From assembly GCA_030626405.1 (NCBI GenBank), contig DAOUPA010000001.1, forward strand, positions 1,437-65,436: a DNA stretch of 64,000 nucleotides, written 5' to 3'. The notes beneath the pieces are model-generated. The model worked only from the letters and a program-made list of their open reading frames with translations. It did not search any database and was not told the DNA's origin. Within the stretch, counting starts at the first letter, position 1. Each line of letters starts with the position of its first letter. Shown here one piece after another: positions 32,882-42,923 of the stretch. The translations under genes were made by a program, and so were the position numbers. This DNA is from Planctomicrobium sp. GTDB taxonomy: Bacteria; Planctomycetota; Planctomycetia; Planctomycetales; Planctomycetaceae.

Positions 32882-33744
32882 TGATTCGCATGCAAACTAA
32901 ACAGATAGTATTTTCCGGACTTTTGTTGTCGACTCTCTTCGTCGCTGGATGTGGTTCATCCGTACGAAAAGAAGCCCTCGGCGGTGGAGCCTTAACGCCT
33001 GTGACTATCACACTTTTGCGTGAAGGTGGATCAGGTGATTCAGAGGCGGAATCCGCAGAATCGGCTGGCCCGAAAATCACAGAATTCGGAATGGTTCGCG
33101 GAAAAATTTCCGTCGATGGAAGCTTGCCACAACTTGCTGATGTGAGTGCGAAAGGTCAGGCGAAAGATGCCATCTGCGGAGAGAAGGGAATTAAGAATGA
33201 ATCCGTTACAGGAGAAAATGGTGGCTTGGGGAATGTCTTCATCTACCTGAAAAAGGTTCCAAACGTTGATGTTCCACCTCCATCAACAGATCAGATCGTC
33301 ATGGACCAGCAAGGATGCATGTTCGTTCCGCACGCACAGGTTGTTCAGGTTGGTCAACCAGTCCTGCTTAAAAATTCTGATCCAATTGCCCACAATGTGA
33401 AACTACAAGGTGGTTCGAATTCTCTTGCAGAAACGATTTCGCCAAACAATGCCGCCAACGTCGAATACAAATTTCAGTTCAGTGATCGAAAGCCAACCGG
33501 CGTTGTCTGTGACTTTCATACATTCATGTCTGCTTACGTCATGCCTGTCGACCATCCATGGGCTGCGGTGACAAATCCTGACGGGACGTTTGAAATACCA
33601 AATGTTCCTGCTGGAAAGGTAGAGTTCGTCATCTGGCACGAGAAGCTCGATTATATCGAACGCTCATATTCGGTTGATGTTCCAGCAAACGGTGATGCAG
33701 CGCCTATCGAGATCACAGTTAATGCGTCGAAGTTGTCCAGTTAA
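32878..33744 (+). CDS. Cupredoxin-like (type-1 copper) lipoprotein, paralog 1
   Basis: 288 aa. The lipobox is FVAGC. The cupredoxin pattern is FVPHAQVVQVGQPVLLKNSDPIAHNV ... CDFHTFM (C-x2-H-x2-M). A C-terminal beta-sandwich follows (NPDGTFEIPNVPAGKVEF). Its ATG overlaps the upstream stop (ATGA). Confidence 0.7.
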   Translation: MMIRMQTKQIVFSGLLLSTLFVAGCGSSVRKEALGGGALTPVTITLLREGGSGDSEAESAESAGPKITEFGMVRGKISVDGSLPQLADVSAKGQAKDAICGEKGIKNESVTGENGGLGNVFIYLKKVPNVDVPPPSTDQIVMDQQGCMFVPHAQVVQVGQPVLLKNSDPIAHNVKLQGGSNSLAETISPNNAANVEYKFQFSDRKPTGVVCDFHTFMSAYVMPVDHPWAAVTNPDGTFEIPNVPAGKVEFVIWHEKLDYIERSYSVDVPANGDAAPIEITVNASKLSS

Positions 33745-33775
33745 ACCATTATCGAAAAGAGACACGGAAACAGTA

Positions 33776-34747
33776 ATGTTTGCTCGGTTTCAATTACAAT
33801 TTGTTCTTCTACTTACGGTTGCGATCTTTTCAGGTTGTACGCCGCAGTTTCGTCGTGAAAAGACGGAAGTGAAGTCGGCATCGGATGTCGTGATTCATTT
33901 CGATGATCTTTCCTCTTCAAACAATTCCGAAGAGACTCCCGATGAAGCCGCCACACCTGCAACAACTCCGACAGCAGGTAATGAGTCAACTACAGCGACG
34001 ACTCCTAAAAAAGAGATGGTCGCAGCGACCACGACCTCAAAGCCTGACGTTGCAAAACAAGCCCCGACCACTACGGGCTACACTGGACCAGCGAAGTTCG
34101 TTGGTCGAGTCGTAGTGAAAGGGGATGTTCCTCTGTTTTCAGCACTTCTCGCTAAAGGTGCGGCGACAAAAGATATGTTTTGCTCAGAAATGGCTGTCCC
34201 TAACGAGACGGTCATCTCCAAGGATGGCGGGTTAGGGAACGTTTTCGTCTACATGAAAAAAGCTCCAAGAAAAGGTGTTCCTGAATACTCTGGCGAGCCG
34301 TTTGTCGTCAATCAAAAAGGGTGCATCTTCATTCCTCACGCACAAATTGTCAGAGTTGGGCAGCCTTTCATTTTGAAGAACTCAGACCCCGTTGCACACA
34401 ATGTCAGGTACAACGGATTCGCATCACAATTTAACGACACCGTCGTCTCTGGTTCGACAGATGGTTTGACAAAGGTCATTGAGTTCCCTGAGCGACTCCC
34501 AGCCGGGATGGTGTGCGATTTTCACAATTGGATGTCAGCCTATGTTTTGCCTGTTGATCATCCGTGGGCTGCTGTGACCGATGCCGATGGGAATTTCGAA
34601 ATCACAAATCTTCCAGAAGGGAAGTGGGATTTCGTCATTTGGCATGAGAAGGCGTTGTATATCGAACGATCATTCAAGGTCACCGCCGCACCTAACACCC
34701 TTATTGAAAAAGTTTTTGAAGTCAATGCGTCAAAACTGTCGCAGTAA
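33776..34747 (+). CDS. Cupredoxin-like (type-1 copper) lipoprotein, paralog 2
   Basis: 323 aa from ATG 33776. The lipobox is FSGC, followed by a Thr/Pro-rich linker. It has the same motifs as paralog 1: FIPHAQIVRVGQPFILKNSDPVAHNV ... CDFHNWM. Confidence 0.7.
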   Translation: MFARFQLQFVLLLTVAIFSGCTPQFRREKTEVKSASDVVIHFDDLSSSNNSEETPDEAATPATTPTAGNESTTATTPKKEMVAATTTSKPDVAKQAPTTTGYTGPAKFVGRVVVKGDVPLFSALLAKGAATKDMFCSEMAVPNETVISKDGGLGNVFVYMKKAPRKGVPEYSGEPFVVNQKGCIFIPHAQIVRVGQPFILKNSDPVAHNVRYNGFASQFNDTVVSGSTDGLTKVIEFPERLPAGMVCDFHNWMSAYVLPVDHPWAAVTDADGNFEITNLPEGKWDFVIWHEKALYIERSFKVTAAPNTLIEKVFEVNASKLSQ

Positions 34748-34769
34748 CCACAAGTATCGAGTTTTTCCT

Positions 34770-36215
34770 GTGAGAACTTTTTTCACACTATCGATGATCT
34801 GCCTGATCTCCGGTTGCGGAGGACAGCCTGAATTTTCGCACAGCGAGAAGTTTCAGACGCTGAAGCCGTACGCACAAATTTACGTGGATCAGGTTCTCGA
34901 CAACTACTTCGGATCACCATCTGACATGGTTGCCTGGGACAAACTGCCACTGGAACTTCACTACGGTCAAGGGACTGTTGTTGAAGCGAGTGGGCGAATG
35001 TTGACGGTCGAACTTCAAGCCCCACATGCCGAAATCACTGCTGGCACAGAAGTTCTTTGGGACAGTGGCATTCTCAATGACAAAGACAGCGCCTGGATTC
35101 TTGAATGGGACGAAGCAAAGCACCAAGCAAAATTGGAATCACCACTGGCAACCAATCCTGAAGTTGGTGATGCGGTCATTCTCGGACCTGGACAAATTCT
35201 GGCAACTGGGCGAATGCTCTATGCAGAACATTGTCAGCATTGTCACGGCGTTGCTGGCGACGGGAATGGACCGACAGCTCCTTATTTGAATCCACGACCT
35301 CGCGATTACCGCAAAGGGATTTTTAAATTCACAACGACACAAAGTTCCAAACGAGCCAGTCGTGAAGATTTGTCGCGTATCGTGGAAGACGGAATTCCTG
35401 GAACGTATATGCCTTCATTCAAATTATTGACTGAAGACGAGATGACCTCCATCATCGAGTACGTCATGTGGCTCTCGATGCGGGGTGAACTTGAAAACCA
35501 ACTCATCGGACTTCTGGCAGACAGCTATTCCGTTGAAGCGGTAGAAGATCGGATCGCTGGTGGGGATGAGACTTCTGATACAATTCATCAAGAATTCATT
35601 GATGCAGTCAACGATCCCGATTCATTTCCGTTTGAAGTCGACACAATCGTTTCTCGATTTACATCGGAATGGGTCTCGTCTCAGGAACCTGATGCAGAAG
35701 TTCAGCCTTTGACTCCGCGCACCCCTTCCTCTGATGAGTCGATCGCGAAAGGCCGCGAATTGTATTTGAAACCAAGCCTCAAGTGTGCTCAATGCCACGG
35801 CGAAGCTGGTCTCGGTGACGGATCACAAACTTTTGCTGTCTCCAAAGATGCGGCAGGACAGGATAATCTGACGCCTGGTCTCTACGACACTTGGGGAAAC
35901 CTGGTGAAACCCCGAAATCTTCACTCTGGAATATATCGTGGTGGTCGTCGACCGATCGATCTTTACTCTCGTATTTATGCAGGAATCAAAGGCACACCGA
36001 TGCCTGCGTTCTCTTCAACATTGCTCCGTAAATCTAATCCAGAAGATTCCGGATCGGAAATGACGGATGAAGATATCTGGCATCTCGTCAACTACATCTA
36101 CAGCATTCCATTCGAAGATGTCAAAGCGGGGCAGGGTGGATCGTCTATTGCAAATCCAGTGAAAGACGCCAATACCGCCAGTGAAGAAGATAGCGAAGAA
36201 GTTGCAGTAAATTAG
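34770..36215 (+). CDS. Diheme cytochrome c lipoprotein
   Basis: 481 aa from GTG 34770. The leader is (M)RTFFTLSMICLISGC. It has two CxxCH motifs (CQHCHGVAGDGNG; CAQCHGEAGLGDG) and GIPGTYMP / GIKGTPMP Met-ligand contexts. The longer ORF from 34581 overlaps the upstream gene. Confidence 0.8.
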   Translation: MRTFFTLSMICLISGCGGQPEFSHSEKFQTLKPYAQIYVDQVLDNYFGSPSDMVAWDKLPLELHYGQGTVVEASGRMLTVELQAPHAEITAGTEVLWDSGILNDKDSAWILEWDEAKHQAKLESPLATNPEVGDAVILGPGQILATGRMLYAEHCQHCHGVAGDGNGPTAPYLNPRPRDYRKGIFKFTTTQSSKRASREDLSRIVEDGIPGTYMPSFKLLTEDEMTSIIEYVMWLSMRGELENQLIGLLADSYSVEAVEDRIAGGDETSDTIHQEFIDAVNDPDSFPFEVDTIVSRFTSEWVSSQEPDAEVQPLTPRTPSSDESIAKGRELYLKPSLKCAQCHGEAGLGDGSQTFAVSKDAAGQDNLTPGLYDTWGNLVKPRNLHSGIYRGGRRPIDLYSRIYAGIKGTPMPAFSSTLLRKSNPEDSGSEMTDEDIWHLVNYIYSIPFEDVKAGQGGSSIANPVKDANTASEEDSEEVAVN

Positions 36216-36346
36216 TTTTTTGTTTTGAGTTGTATAGTGCCCGCGAATAAAGTTGTCGCATTCCTCGCAGTATTGTCCCGCGAGGTAGAATTTGGCAATG
36301 TTGTCCATGAGTGGTATAAACCTTGTGACCTGATGGGGTTATTCAA

Positions 36347-37228
36347 GTGAAGTGGTTTTGGTGTCTATTTTTTGCATTTTGGCCAATTGTCGCAATTGTC
36401 GTCTGCTTGTTGGCGCCAGGTAACAACTGGTGGTTTCCAGGTGAGGCTGCGTCTCCGCTTGGTCGGCGTATTGATGACTTGTTCTACATGATCTTGTGGA
36501 TCACTTCGATCACATTCGTGGGAACCCAACTCGTTCTGGCGTACGTGTTGTTCAAAGGTGCGAGTGATACCGAACCAGGTACAGCGAATGAGAAAGCTTG
36601 GTTCTCTCATGGAAGCCATAAACTGGAAGTTATCTGGTCGAGCGTTCCAGCAGTGATCCTGCTGTTCATTGCGTTCTATCAACTTGATGTCTGGGCTGAA
36701 TACCGTGTCAAAGATGCGTTTCCACGCAAACGTATGGAAGCTGTCTTTGAACGAATTCATCAGGACCGTCAAAAGAACGACAGTCTCGCATTGGCAGAAG
36801 TCACAGCACGACAATTCGAATGGCGAATTCGCTATCCCGGCTTCAACGCAGATGGCACGCTCAAGGCACTCATGCCAGACCCACAACCAACCGATTTGTA
36901 CGCAGTCAACGATCTTCACTTACCTGCCAGTGCACCAGTGATGATCAACCTGAGAACTCAGGATGTCCAACACTCATTCTTCTTACCAGAACTACGTATC
37001 AAACAAGATGCAGTGCCTGGATTAGTCATTCCAATTTGGTTTGAAGCGGACCAACAACGTTCCTATCAACTGCTCTGTGCTGAACTTTGCGGTTGGGGAC
37101 ATTACAAAATGAATGCCCGGTTCGTCGCAGAATCGGACGAACAGTTTATCGAATACCTCCGTCAACTCGAACGCGAACAAAACGAAGATCGAGTCGACGA
37201 CGCACCAGACACGGATGAAGAAGAGTAA
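36347..37228 (+). CDS. ctaC: Cytochrome c oxidase subunit II (CuA; no fused cytochrome c domain)
   Basis: 293 aa with two N-terminal TM helices. The CuA site is HSFF ... CAELCGWGHYKM. Confidence 0.92.
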   Translation: MKWFWCLFFAFWPIVAIVVCLLAPGNNWWFPGEAASPLGRRIDDLFYMILWITSITFVGTQLVLAYVLFKGASDTEPGTANEKAWFSHGSHKLEVIWSSVPAVILLFIAFYQLDVWAEYRVKDAFPRKRMEAVFERIHQDRQKNDSLALAEVTARQFEWRIRYPGFNADGTLKALMPDPQPTDLYAVNDLHLPASAPVMINLRTQDVQHSFFLPELRIKQDAVPGLVIPIWFEADQQRSYQLLCAELCGWGHYKMNARFVAESDEQFIEYLRQLEREQNEDRVDDAPDTDEEE

Positions 37229-37289
37229 TACTGAAAGAGCAATCTTTCGAGTCTTCTTTTTCGTTAGTCAATACATTTGGAGTGAGGCG

Positions 37290-39074
37290 GTGAGTTCAGT
37301 CGCAGCCACAACAGAAACTGCAGAACACGGTCATCATGCACACAATGATGATCTACTTGCGCTCTTAAAAGCAGCACCATTCTGGTCAACCGATCATAAA
37401 GTGATCGGTATCCAGTTTATGATGACGACACTTCTCATGTTGATGGTCGGTGGTGCGCTCGCGCTGGGGGTTCGCTGGCAGTTGGCATTTCCCTGGGAGA
37501 ACATGCCGTTTTTCGGAGCATTGGTTCCGGCGACAGCAGGCGGACAAATACCGCCTGAGTTCTACACAATGCTCTTTACGATGCATGCAACGGTGATGAT
37601 CTTCCTTGTGATCATTCCAATTCTTGCAGGAGCATTCGGAAACTTCCTGATTCCGCTGATGATCGGTGCGGACGACATGGCGTTCCCGATGTTGAACGCC
37701 TTGAGCTACTGGTTCATGTGGCCTGCAATCGCCTGTTTTGGATGTAGCTTTTTCTTCGGAGGTGGTCCAGCTGCAGGGTGGACATCATACCCAGCTCTTT
37801 CTGCCCTTTCTCAAGCTGCTCCAGGCTCTGGACACGCACAAACATTCTGGTTGTTGGGAGTTACATTTGTCGGGTTCTCGTCGATGATGGGTTCGATCAA
37901 CTACATGACGACGATCATCAATATGCGGGCACCTGGCCTGACGCTCTTCCGGATGCCACTGACAATTTGGTCAATGTTCATCACAGCAATTTTACAGGCG
38001 TTCGCGTTGCCGGTCCTCACCGCCGCAGGCTTCATGCTTGTCACCGACCGGATCTTGGGCACTTGCTTCTTCGTTCCGGCTGGACTGATCGTTAATAACG
38101 CCGATCCAACAGTCGGCGGCGGACAAACGCTGCTTTGGCAGCACTTGTTCTGGTTCTATTCTCACCCTGCGGTGTACATCATGTTGCTGCCTGCAATGGG
38201 TATGGTTTCGGACATGCTTGCCTGCATGTGTCGTAAGCCAATCTTCGGATACAAGCCAATGGTTTATTCCATGTCTGCGATTGCTGGCCTAGGGTTTATC
38301 GTGTGGGGGCACCACATGTTTACCTCTGGAATGAATCCCGCGCTCGGGATGACATTCATGATTTCGACAGTCATGATCGCGTTGCCATCAGCGGTGAAGG
38401 TGTTCAACTGGATCGGTACGATCTGGGGCGGGAAACCGGAATTCAACGTTGTCTTCCTGAATTGTATTGCATTCGTTTCGATGTTCATCGTCGGTGGACT
38501 TTCCGGAATTTTCATGGCTGCCGTGCCTGTCGACATTTATATTCACGACACATACTTCATCGTTGCTCACTTCCATTACGTGCTGTTCGGGGCAACGTTG
38601 TTTGGAGTCTTTGGAGCCATCCACTTCTGGTATCCGAAAATGTTCGGTCGCTACATGAGTGAAGGCTGGGGCAAGCTGCACTTCTTCTTGACCTTTGTCG
38701 GCTTCAATGGAACATTCTTCCCCATGCACCTGCTTGGTGTTGCTGGGATGCCTCGTCGATATGCCGATCCTTACCTATACCCTTATCTGGAACATTTTCT
38801 CCCGATGAATCAATTCATGACGATTTGTGCTGCCCTCATGGGATTCGCACAATTCATCTTGATCGGGAATTTCGTTTTGAGTTGGTTCTTCGGTAAAAAG
38901 GCCGGGCGGAACCCTTGGAATGCAAATGGTCTCGAATGGGCAACTCCATCGCCTCCTGGTCATGGAAACTTCGACATTCCACCGGTTGTTTACCGTGGAC
39001 CGTACGAATACGCAAATCCAGATACCGAAGCTGACTTCTGGCCACAAACGCAGCCGCCGAATCCAGCGACTTAA
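37290..39074 (+). CDS. ctaD: Cytochrome c oxidase subunit I (A-type heme-copper oxidase)
   Basis: Motifs: WFYSHPAVYIMLLP, GHHMF, HFHYV and 12 or more TM helices. The GTG start at 37290 follows a GGAG/GAGG motif. The ORF from 37113 overlaps ctaC. Confidence 0.95.
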   Translation: MSSVAATTETAEHGHHAHNDDLLALLKAAPFWSTDHKVIGIQFMMTTLLMLMVGGALALGVRWQLAFPWENMPFFGALVPATAGGQIPPEFYTMLFTMHATVMIFLVIIPILAGAFGNFLIPLMIGADDMAFPMLNALSYWFMWPAIACFGCSFFFGGGPAAGWTSYPALSALSQAAPGSGHAQTFWLLGVTFVGFSSMMGSINYMTTIINMRAPGLTLFRMPLTIWSMFITAILQAFALPVLTAAGFMLVTDRILGTCFFVPAGLIVNNADPTVGGGQTLLWQHLFWFYSHPAVYIMLLPAMGMVSDMLACMCRKPIFGYKPMVYSMSAIAGLGFIVWGHHMFTSGMNPALGMTFMISTVMIALPSAVKVFNWIGTIWGGKPEFNVVFLNCIAFVSMFIVGGLSGIFMAAVPVDIYIHDTYFIVAHFHYVLFGATLFGVFGAIHFWYPKMFGRYMSEGWGKLHFFLTFVGFNGTFFPMHLLGVAGMPRRYADPYLYPYLEHFLPMNQFMTICAALMGFAQFILIGNFVLSWFFGKKAGRNPWNANGLEWATPSPPGHGNFDIPPVVYRGPYEYANPDTEADFWPQTQPPNPAT

Positions 39075-39162
39075 TACTGCCGTACTGAAGTTCTTCTAAT
39101 TCTGATACCCATTTTCCGCAGTTCGCTGCAAAGTTGTATTTCCAGAGACTTGTCAATTTCTA

Positions 39163-40137
39163 ATGTCCCCACAAAGTTCAACAAACTGGTTTCGCCGACT
39201 GGCCGTTTCGACGGTTTGCCTGACGATGGTGACGTTGATCTTTGGAGCATTGACGACATCCAAGAACGCTGGAATGGCTTTTCGTGACTGGCCGACATCC
39301 GATGGTTACTTAATGGTGACTTATCCCTGGTTCGGTGACTTCGCGAAAAATTGGGATAAGTTTCTGGAGCATGGGCACCGACTGGCAGGAATGTTGATCG
39401 GCATCTGGTCAATTGCCCTTGTCGCGTGTGCCTTCAAAACCCAGCAAAGACAAACAGTCAAAACCCTTTCAATTCTGGTGTTATTGGGTGTAATTTGTCA
39501 GGGACTACTCGGAGGATTTCGCGTTCAACTTGATGAACGTGGACTGGCAATGCTCCACGGAGCATTCGCAGCAATCGTCTTCGCCCTGATGGGTGCCGTC
39601 ATCCTCCTTTCAGGAAAGAAGTGGGCCGCACCAGAACCCGAATCAGAACGTAACACGCTGCGAACGATGAAGGTTCTTTCCGTATTGGTCGTTGCTATTC
39701 TCACTGCTCAGTTCATCTTCGGTGGACTGATCCGACATCGAGGGACCGGTTTACATGAACATCTGGTACTGGGTGTCGCATCGCTCGGTCTCATTTTTGT
39801 GAACTTCACATTCTGCGGATTTTCGGAATCTGGCTGGTTGAGAAAGTCGGGAATTATTCTGCTGCTCATTGCCTTGGGACAAGTCGGCTTGGGAGCCGGT
39901 GCCTGGGTTTTGAAATTCGGATTTGCCACAACAGGTTACGTAGCGATTAGTGATTCGATTCAGCAGGTGACTCTGCGCACGGCCCACACTGTTTGGGGCA
40001 TCGTCACATTTCAAGCTGCCGTTGTTCATCTCTTAAAAGTTTTCCGAGTGAGTTCTGTTTCTCATATTGCAAGTTCAGAACCGCTGGCGATCCGCCGATC
40101 CGGGAACACGCTCGCGATTGGAGGGAGACAGGAATGA
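39163..40137 (+). CDS. ctaA: Heme A synthase (COX15/CtaA family)
   Basis: 324 aa with 8 TM helices and conserved His contexts (EHGHRLAG, ...LHEHL). It lies between ctaD and ctaB. Confidence 0.85.
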   Translation: MSPQSSTNWFRRLAVSTVCLTMVTLIFGALTTSKNAGMAFRDWPTSDGYLMVTYPWFGDFAKNWDKFLEHGHRLAGMLIGIWSIALVACAFKTQQRQTVKTLSILVLLGVICQGLLGGFRVQLDERGLAMLHGAFAAIVFALMGAVILLSGKKWAAPEPESERNTLRTMKVLSVLVVAILTAQFIFGGLIRHRGTGLHEHLVLGVASLGLIFVNFTFCGFSESGWLRKSGIILLLIALGQVGLGAGAWVLKFGFATTGYVAISDSIQQVTLRTAHTVWGIVTFQAAVVHLLKVFRVSSVSHIASSEPLAIRRSGNTLAIGGRQE

Positions 40138-41105
40138 GTACATCTGTTGCCACTCCCGTTCGAAGCAAGACTGCTTCACCAACGAATCAAATCAGCGCTG
40201 GTTATGTCGATGATCGATATCCGATGTCGGCTCGGATTGCCAGCTATTCTGAACTCGCCAAGCCGCGCATTGCACTGATGGTGTTACTGTCAATGGGGGT
40301 CGGCTACCTACTGGGTTCACAAGGATCCTGGAAACTGCTTCCGTTGATCAACGCCGGGATTGGCGTGGTACTTGCTGTTGTTTCAGCGAGTGCACTGAAT
40401 CAAGTCATCGAGCGTAAGACTGACGCACTGATGCCACGGACAGAAAGTCGACCATTGCCGACTGGAAAACTGACAACAACCGAAGTCCTCATCTTCGCTT
40501 TGCTGTGTTCGGTCGTCTCCTTCGTCTATCTCCTACTGACCGTTAATACATTAACCGCCGTCCTGACTGCAGCAACGACGGTTCTTTATGCTGGAATTTA
40601 CACACCGCTGAAAAGGTATACGTCGTTTTGCACAGCGGTTGGTGCGATACCCGGGGCCGCTCCGCCGGTCCTCGGTTGGGTCGCCGCTGGTGGAAACCTG
40701 GACATTGTTGCCTTCTCGTTGTTTGCAATCATTTTCGTCTGGCAGTTTCCACATTTCCTTGCCATCGCGTGGATGTACAAAGACGAATACTCCGGTGCCG
40801 GATTGAAAATGGTCCCTGGGAATGGTCGACTAAAAATTGTTGGAGCCATCTCGCTGGGGTACGCCCTGGTGTTAATTCCAGTCAGTTTATTGCCTACCCA
40901 TTTTGGGTTGGCTGGCGACTTTTACGGAGTCGTTGCCATCGTCCTTGGAATGATTTACATCGCTGCGGCGATCGGTTTTTATCGAGAAGAATCTCGGCAG
41001 AACGCACGTCGATTACTGTTTGTCTCACTCGTTTACCTTCCGGGCGTTTTGCTCGCATTAACGTTTGATCATTTACGATTATTAAACAATTCCACCTTCG
41101 GGTAA
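40134..41105 (+). CDS. ctaB: Protoheme IX farnesyltransferase (heme O synthase)
   Basis: 323 aa from ATG 40134, which forms an ATGA overlap with the ctaA stop. UbiA-family motifs are present (NQVIERKTDALMPRT, YTPLKR, WQFPHFLAIAWMY). Confidence 0.92.
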   Translation: MSTSVATPVRSKTASPTNQISAGYVDDRYPMSARIASYSELAKPRIALMVLLSMGVGYLLGSQGSWKLLPLINAGIGVVLAVVSASALNQVIERKTDALMPRTESRPLPTGKLTTTEVLIFALLCSVVSFVYLLLTVNTLTAVLTAATTVLYAGIYTPLKRYTSFCTAVGAIPGAAPPVLGWVAAGGNLDIVAFSLFAIIFVWQFPHFLAIAWMYKDEYSGAGLKMVPGNGRLKIVGAISLGYALVLIPVSLLPTHFGLAGDFYGVVAIVLGMIYIAAAIGFYREESRQNARRLLFVSLVYLPGVLLALTFDHLRLLNNSTFG

Positions 41106-41119
41106 CATTGTCGCATTTT

Positions 41120-41145
41120 GCCTCACGGGCATCATACTGTGAGGC
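41120..41145 (+). repeat. Hairpin related to the GCCTCAC variant of the REP-like element
   Basis: GCCTCAC ... 12-nt loop ... GTGAGGC, 15 nt after the ctaB stop. It shares the stem sequence with the copy at 22905 but lacks the CACTTNAAGTG core. Confidence 0.35.
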
Positions 41146-41224
41146 ATGTGACACCTGAGTCGTGGGCACAAAATTCCTTTAATAGATTCGCGGGTTATTG
41201 ACTCGCACTTGAGGTTGCTGTTTC

Positions 41225-42238
41225 ATGTCTGACTCACATCATGCTCCTGCCATGCACATGGGTTTGCCGATTTCCAGAGCCAAACTGGGCATGTGGTTGT
41301 TTCTCGGTACGGAGATCATGTTTTTCACGGCGTTCATCGGAACGTATATCGTGCTGTACTTCGGCTCCGTCGACGCCACCGGCAAATCCGCCTGGCCGAC
41401 CGATACACATGTCACTCACCTCAACATCGCCGCAGGTGGGATCAACACATTTGTCCTGCTTGCTTCAAGTTACTTTGTCGTCGTCGCTCACGAATCGATG
41501 TCAAAGCGGGATTTCGCGAAAGCTCGAAAGTTTCTGATTTTCACATTTATTCTCGCATGTGTGTTCCTGGGAATTAAGTCCTTTGAATACTACGGAAAGT
41601 TCACTCACGACATTCTTCCCGGACACATTCCAGAGACAGACACGCAAGCGATCGGGAAAATGGAAAGACAAGTGGAGTCCCGATTCCACAAGCGGCTAGA
41701 TTCCGTCGTTCCTGATATCGCCATTACAGATGTTGACGGAGACAACAAACCAGACCGCGCGATGCCCACCGACCAGAGTATGATCTATTACCAAAAGGCG
41801 GCAGCACTTCCTCAACTCATTGAGAGTGCAGAAGGTTCTCGAAAGGCAGACTATGAAGCATTACTCGCACTCAATGGTCAAGTCGGCGTTCTCCGCGAAC
41901 AAATTTCAGGAAACAAATTGACCTTCGTGGAAGCTGAAGAGTCGCTGCACGAGATGGTCGAAGATGAGCATTATGGCAGCATCCTTAGCGGTCTGCATAT
42001 GTCGACTCCGATCTTGTATGGGAATTTGTTTGCCTCAGTCTACTTCCTGATGACTGGCTTTCACGCAATCCACGTGATTGTCGGAATGATTCTATTTGGA
42101 ACGGTTCTGGCCCAAGGTGACAAACTGAGTGAGCGTTGGTCAAACTGGGTTGAAAACAGCGGACTCTATTGGCACTTTGTCGACCTGGTCTGGATCTTCC
42201 TGTTTCCGTTGCTGTACATCATTCCTGGAAACATTTAA
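41225..42238 (+). CDS. ctaE: Cytochrome c oxidase subunit III, with a large internal insertion
   Basis: 337 aa. Motifs: [37 protein letters not shown]. About 130 hydrophilic residues are inserted after the FEYY helix. Confidence 0.88.
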   Translation: MSDSHHAPAMHMGLPISRAKLGMWLFLGTEIMFFTAFIGTYIVLYFGSVDATGKSAWPTDTHVTHLNIAAGGINTFVLLASSYFVVVAHESMSKRDFAKARKFLIFTFILACVFLGIKSFEYYGKFTHDILPGHIPETDTQAIGKMERQVESRFHKRLDSVVPDIAITDVDGDNKPDRAMPTDQSMIYYQKAAALPQLIESAEGSRKADYEALLALNGQVGVLREQISGNKLTFVEAEESLHEMVEDEHYGSILSGLHMSTPILYGNLFASVYFLMTGFHAIHVIVGMILFGTVLAQGDKLSERWSNWVENSGLYWHFVDLVWIFLFPLLYIIPGNI

Positions 42239-42316
42239 GTTCGAATTAAAACGTAATCTTGTTTGTGCAACCGATAATGTTGCGAAGAAGTTTAAGCTGA
42301 CGATGAAGGCCATCTC

Positions 42317-42724
42317 ATGGACCACGCACACGACGAATCACATCCGCATGTGAATTATTTTTTCATCTTTCTGTTATTATGCGGTTGCACAGCACTGTCC
42401 GTTATTTTTGATGTCGTAAAAATCACACCGGCGCTCGTTGTTTTTGCAGTTCTGGCAGTTGCTGTTGCCAAAGCATCTCTGGTGATGACTTTCTTCATGC
42501 ACTTAAAGTATGAAGGTCGGTGGAAATATGTCATTTTGCTGCCGACCGCGATTCTTGGAGTCGGGCTGATGGTTGCACTCTCCCCTGACATGGCAATGCA
42601 CTACTACGAATACGATGTGATGCAGTCCAGAATTGTCGCCCCTCGCAGTGAACACGGTGCCGGTCATGATGCCGAAGAGAGCGCGGAACACGATGGGGAA
42701 GCGAAAGACGCGAAGCATCATTGA
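42317..42724 (+). CDS. ctaF: Cytochrome c oxidase subunit IV (prokaryotic COX4 family)
   Basis: 135 aa with three TM helices. The family motif KASLVMTFFMHLKYE is present, followed by an acidic/His-rich tail. Confidence 0.8.
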   Translation: MDHAHDESHPHVNYFFIFLLLCGCTALSVIFDVVKITPALVVFAVLAVAVAKASLVMTFFMHLKYEGRWKYVILLPTAILGVGLMVALSPDMAMHYYEYDVMQSRIVAPRSEHGAGHDAEESAEHDGEAKDAKHH

Positions 42725-42752
42725 TTGCTGAAATCTCAAGAGTGCGCGTTTA

Positions 42753-42775
42753 GCCTTACACTTAAAGTGTACGAC
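42753..42775 (+). repeat. REP-like palindromic element, degenerate copy
   Basis: GCCTTACAC-TTAAA-GTGTACGAC with the GTTTA prefix and AAATA suffix, 29 nt after the ctaF stop. Confidence 0.55.
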
Positions 42776-42923
42776 AAATAGTTTCGATCCAAGATGCTGC
42801 CCGTTACAAATGCGGCGTCCCACCATCATTCAAGGATTGACGAAACTGACGTGAGCGACAACGGAGCGGTTTTTCAGATTCACAACTCCAATTTCAAGGC
42901 CTGACAAGGCACTGGAAAGATCA

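Noticed and set aside
33674-33775. Several ORF-track entries have N-terminal extensions that overlap the preceding gene. Their listed starts are 13794, 33674, 34581, 37113, 39993, 43751, 44620 and 47910.
   Set aside because: In every case homology, or a signal peptide or lipobox, begins at an internal start codon located at or just after the upstream stop. Several of these form ATGA overlaps. The upstream extensions have no family similarity.
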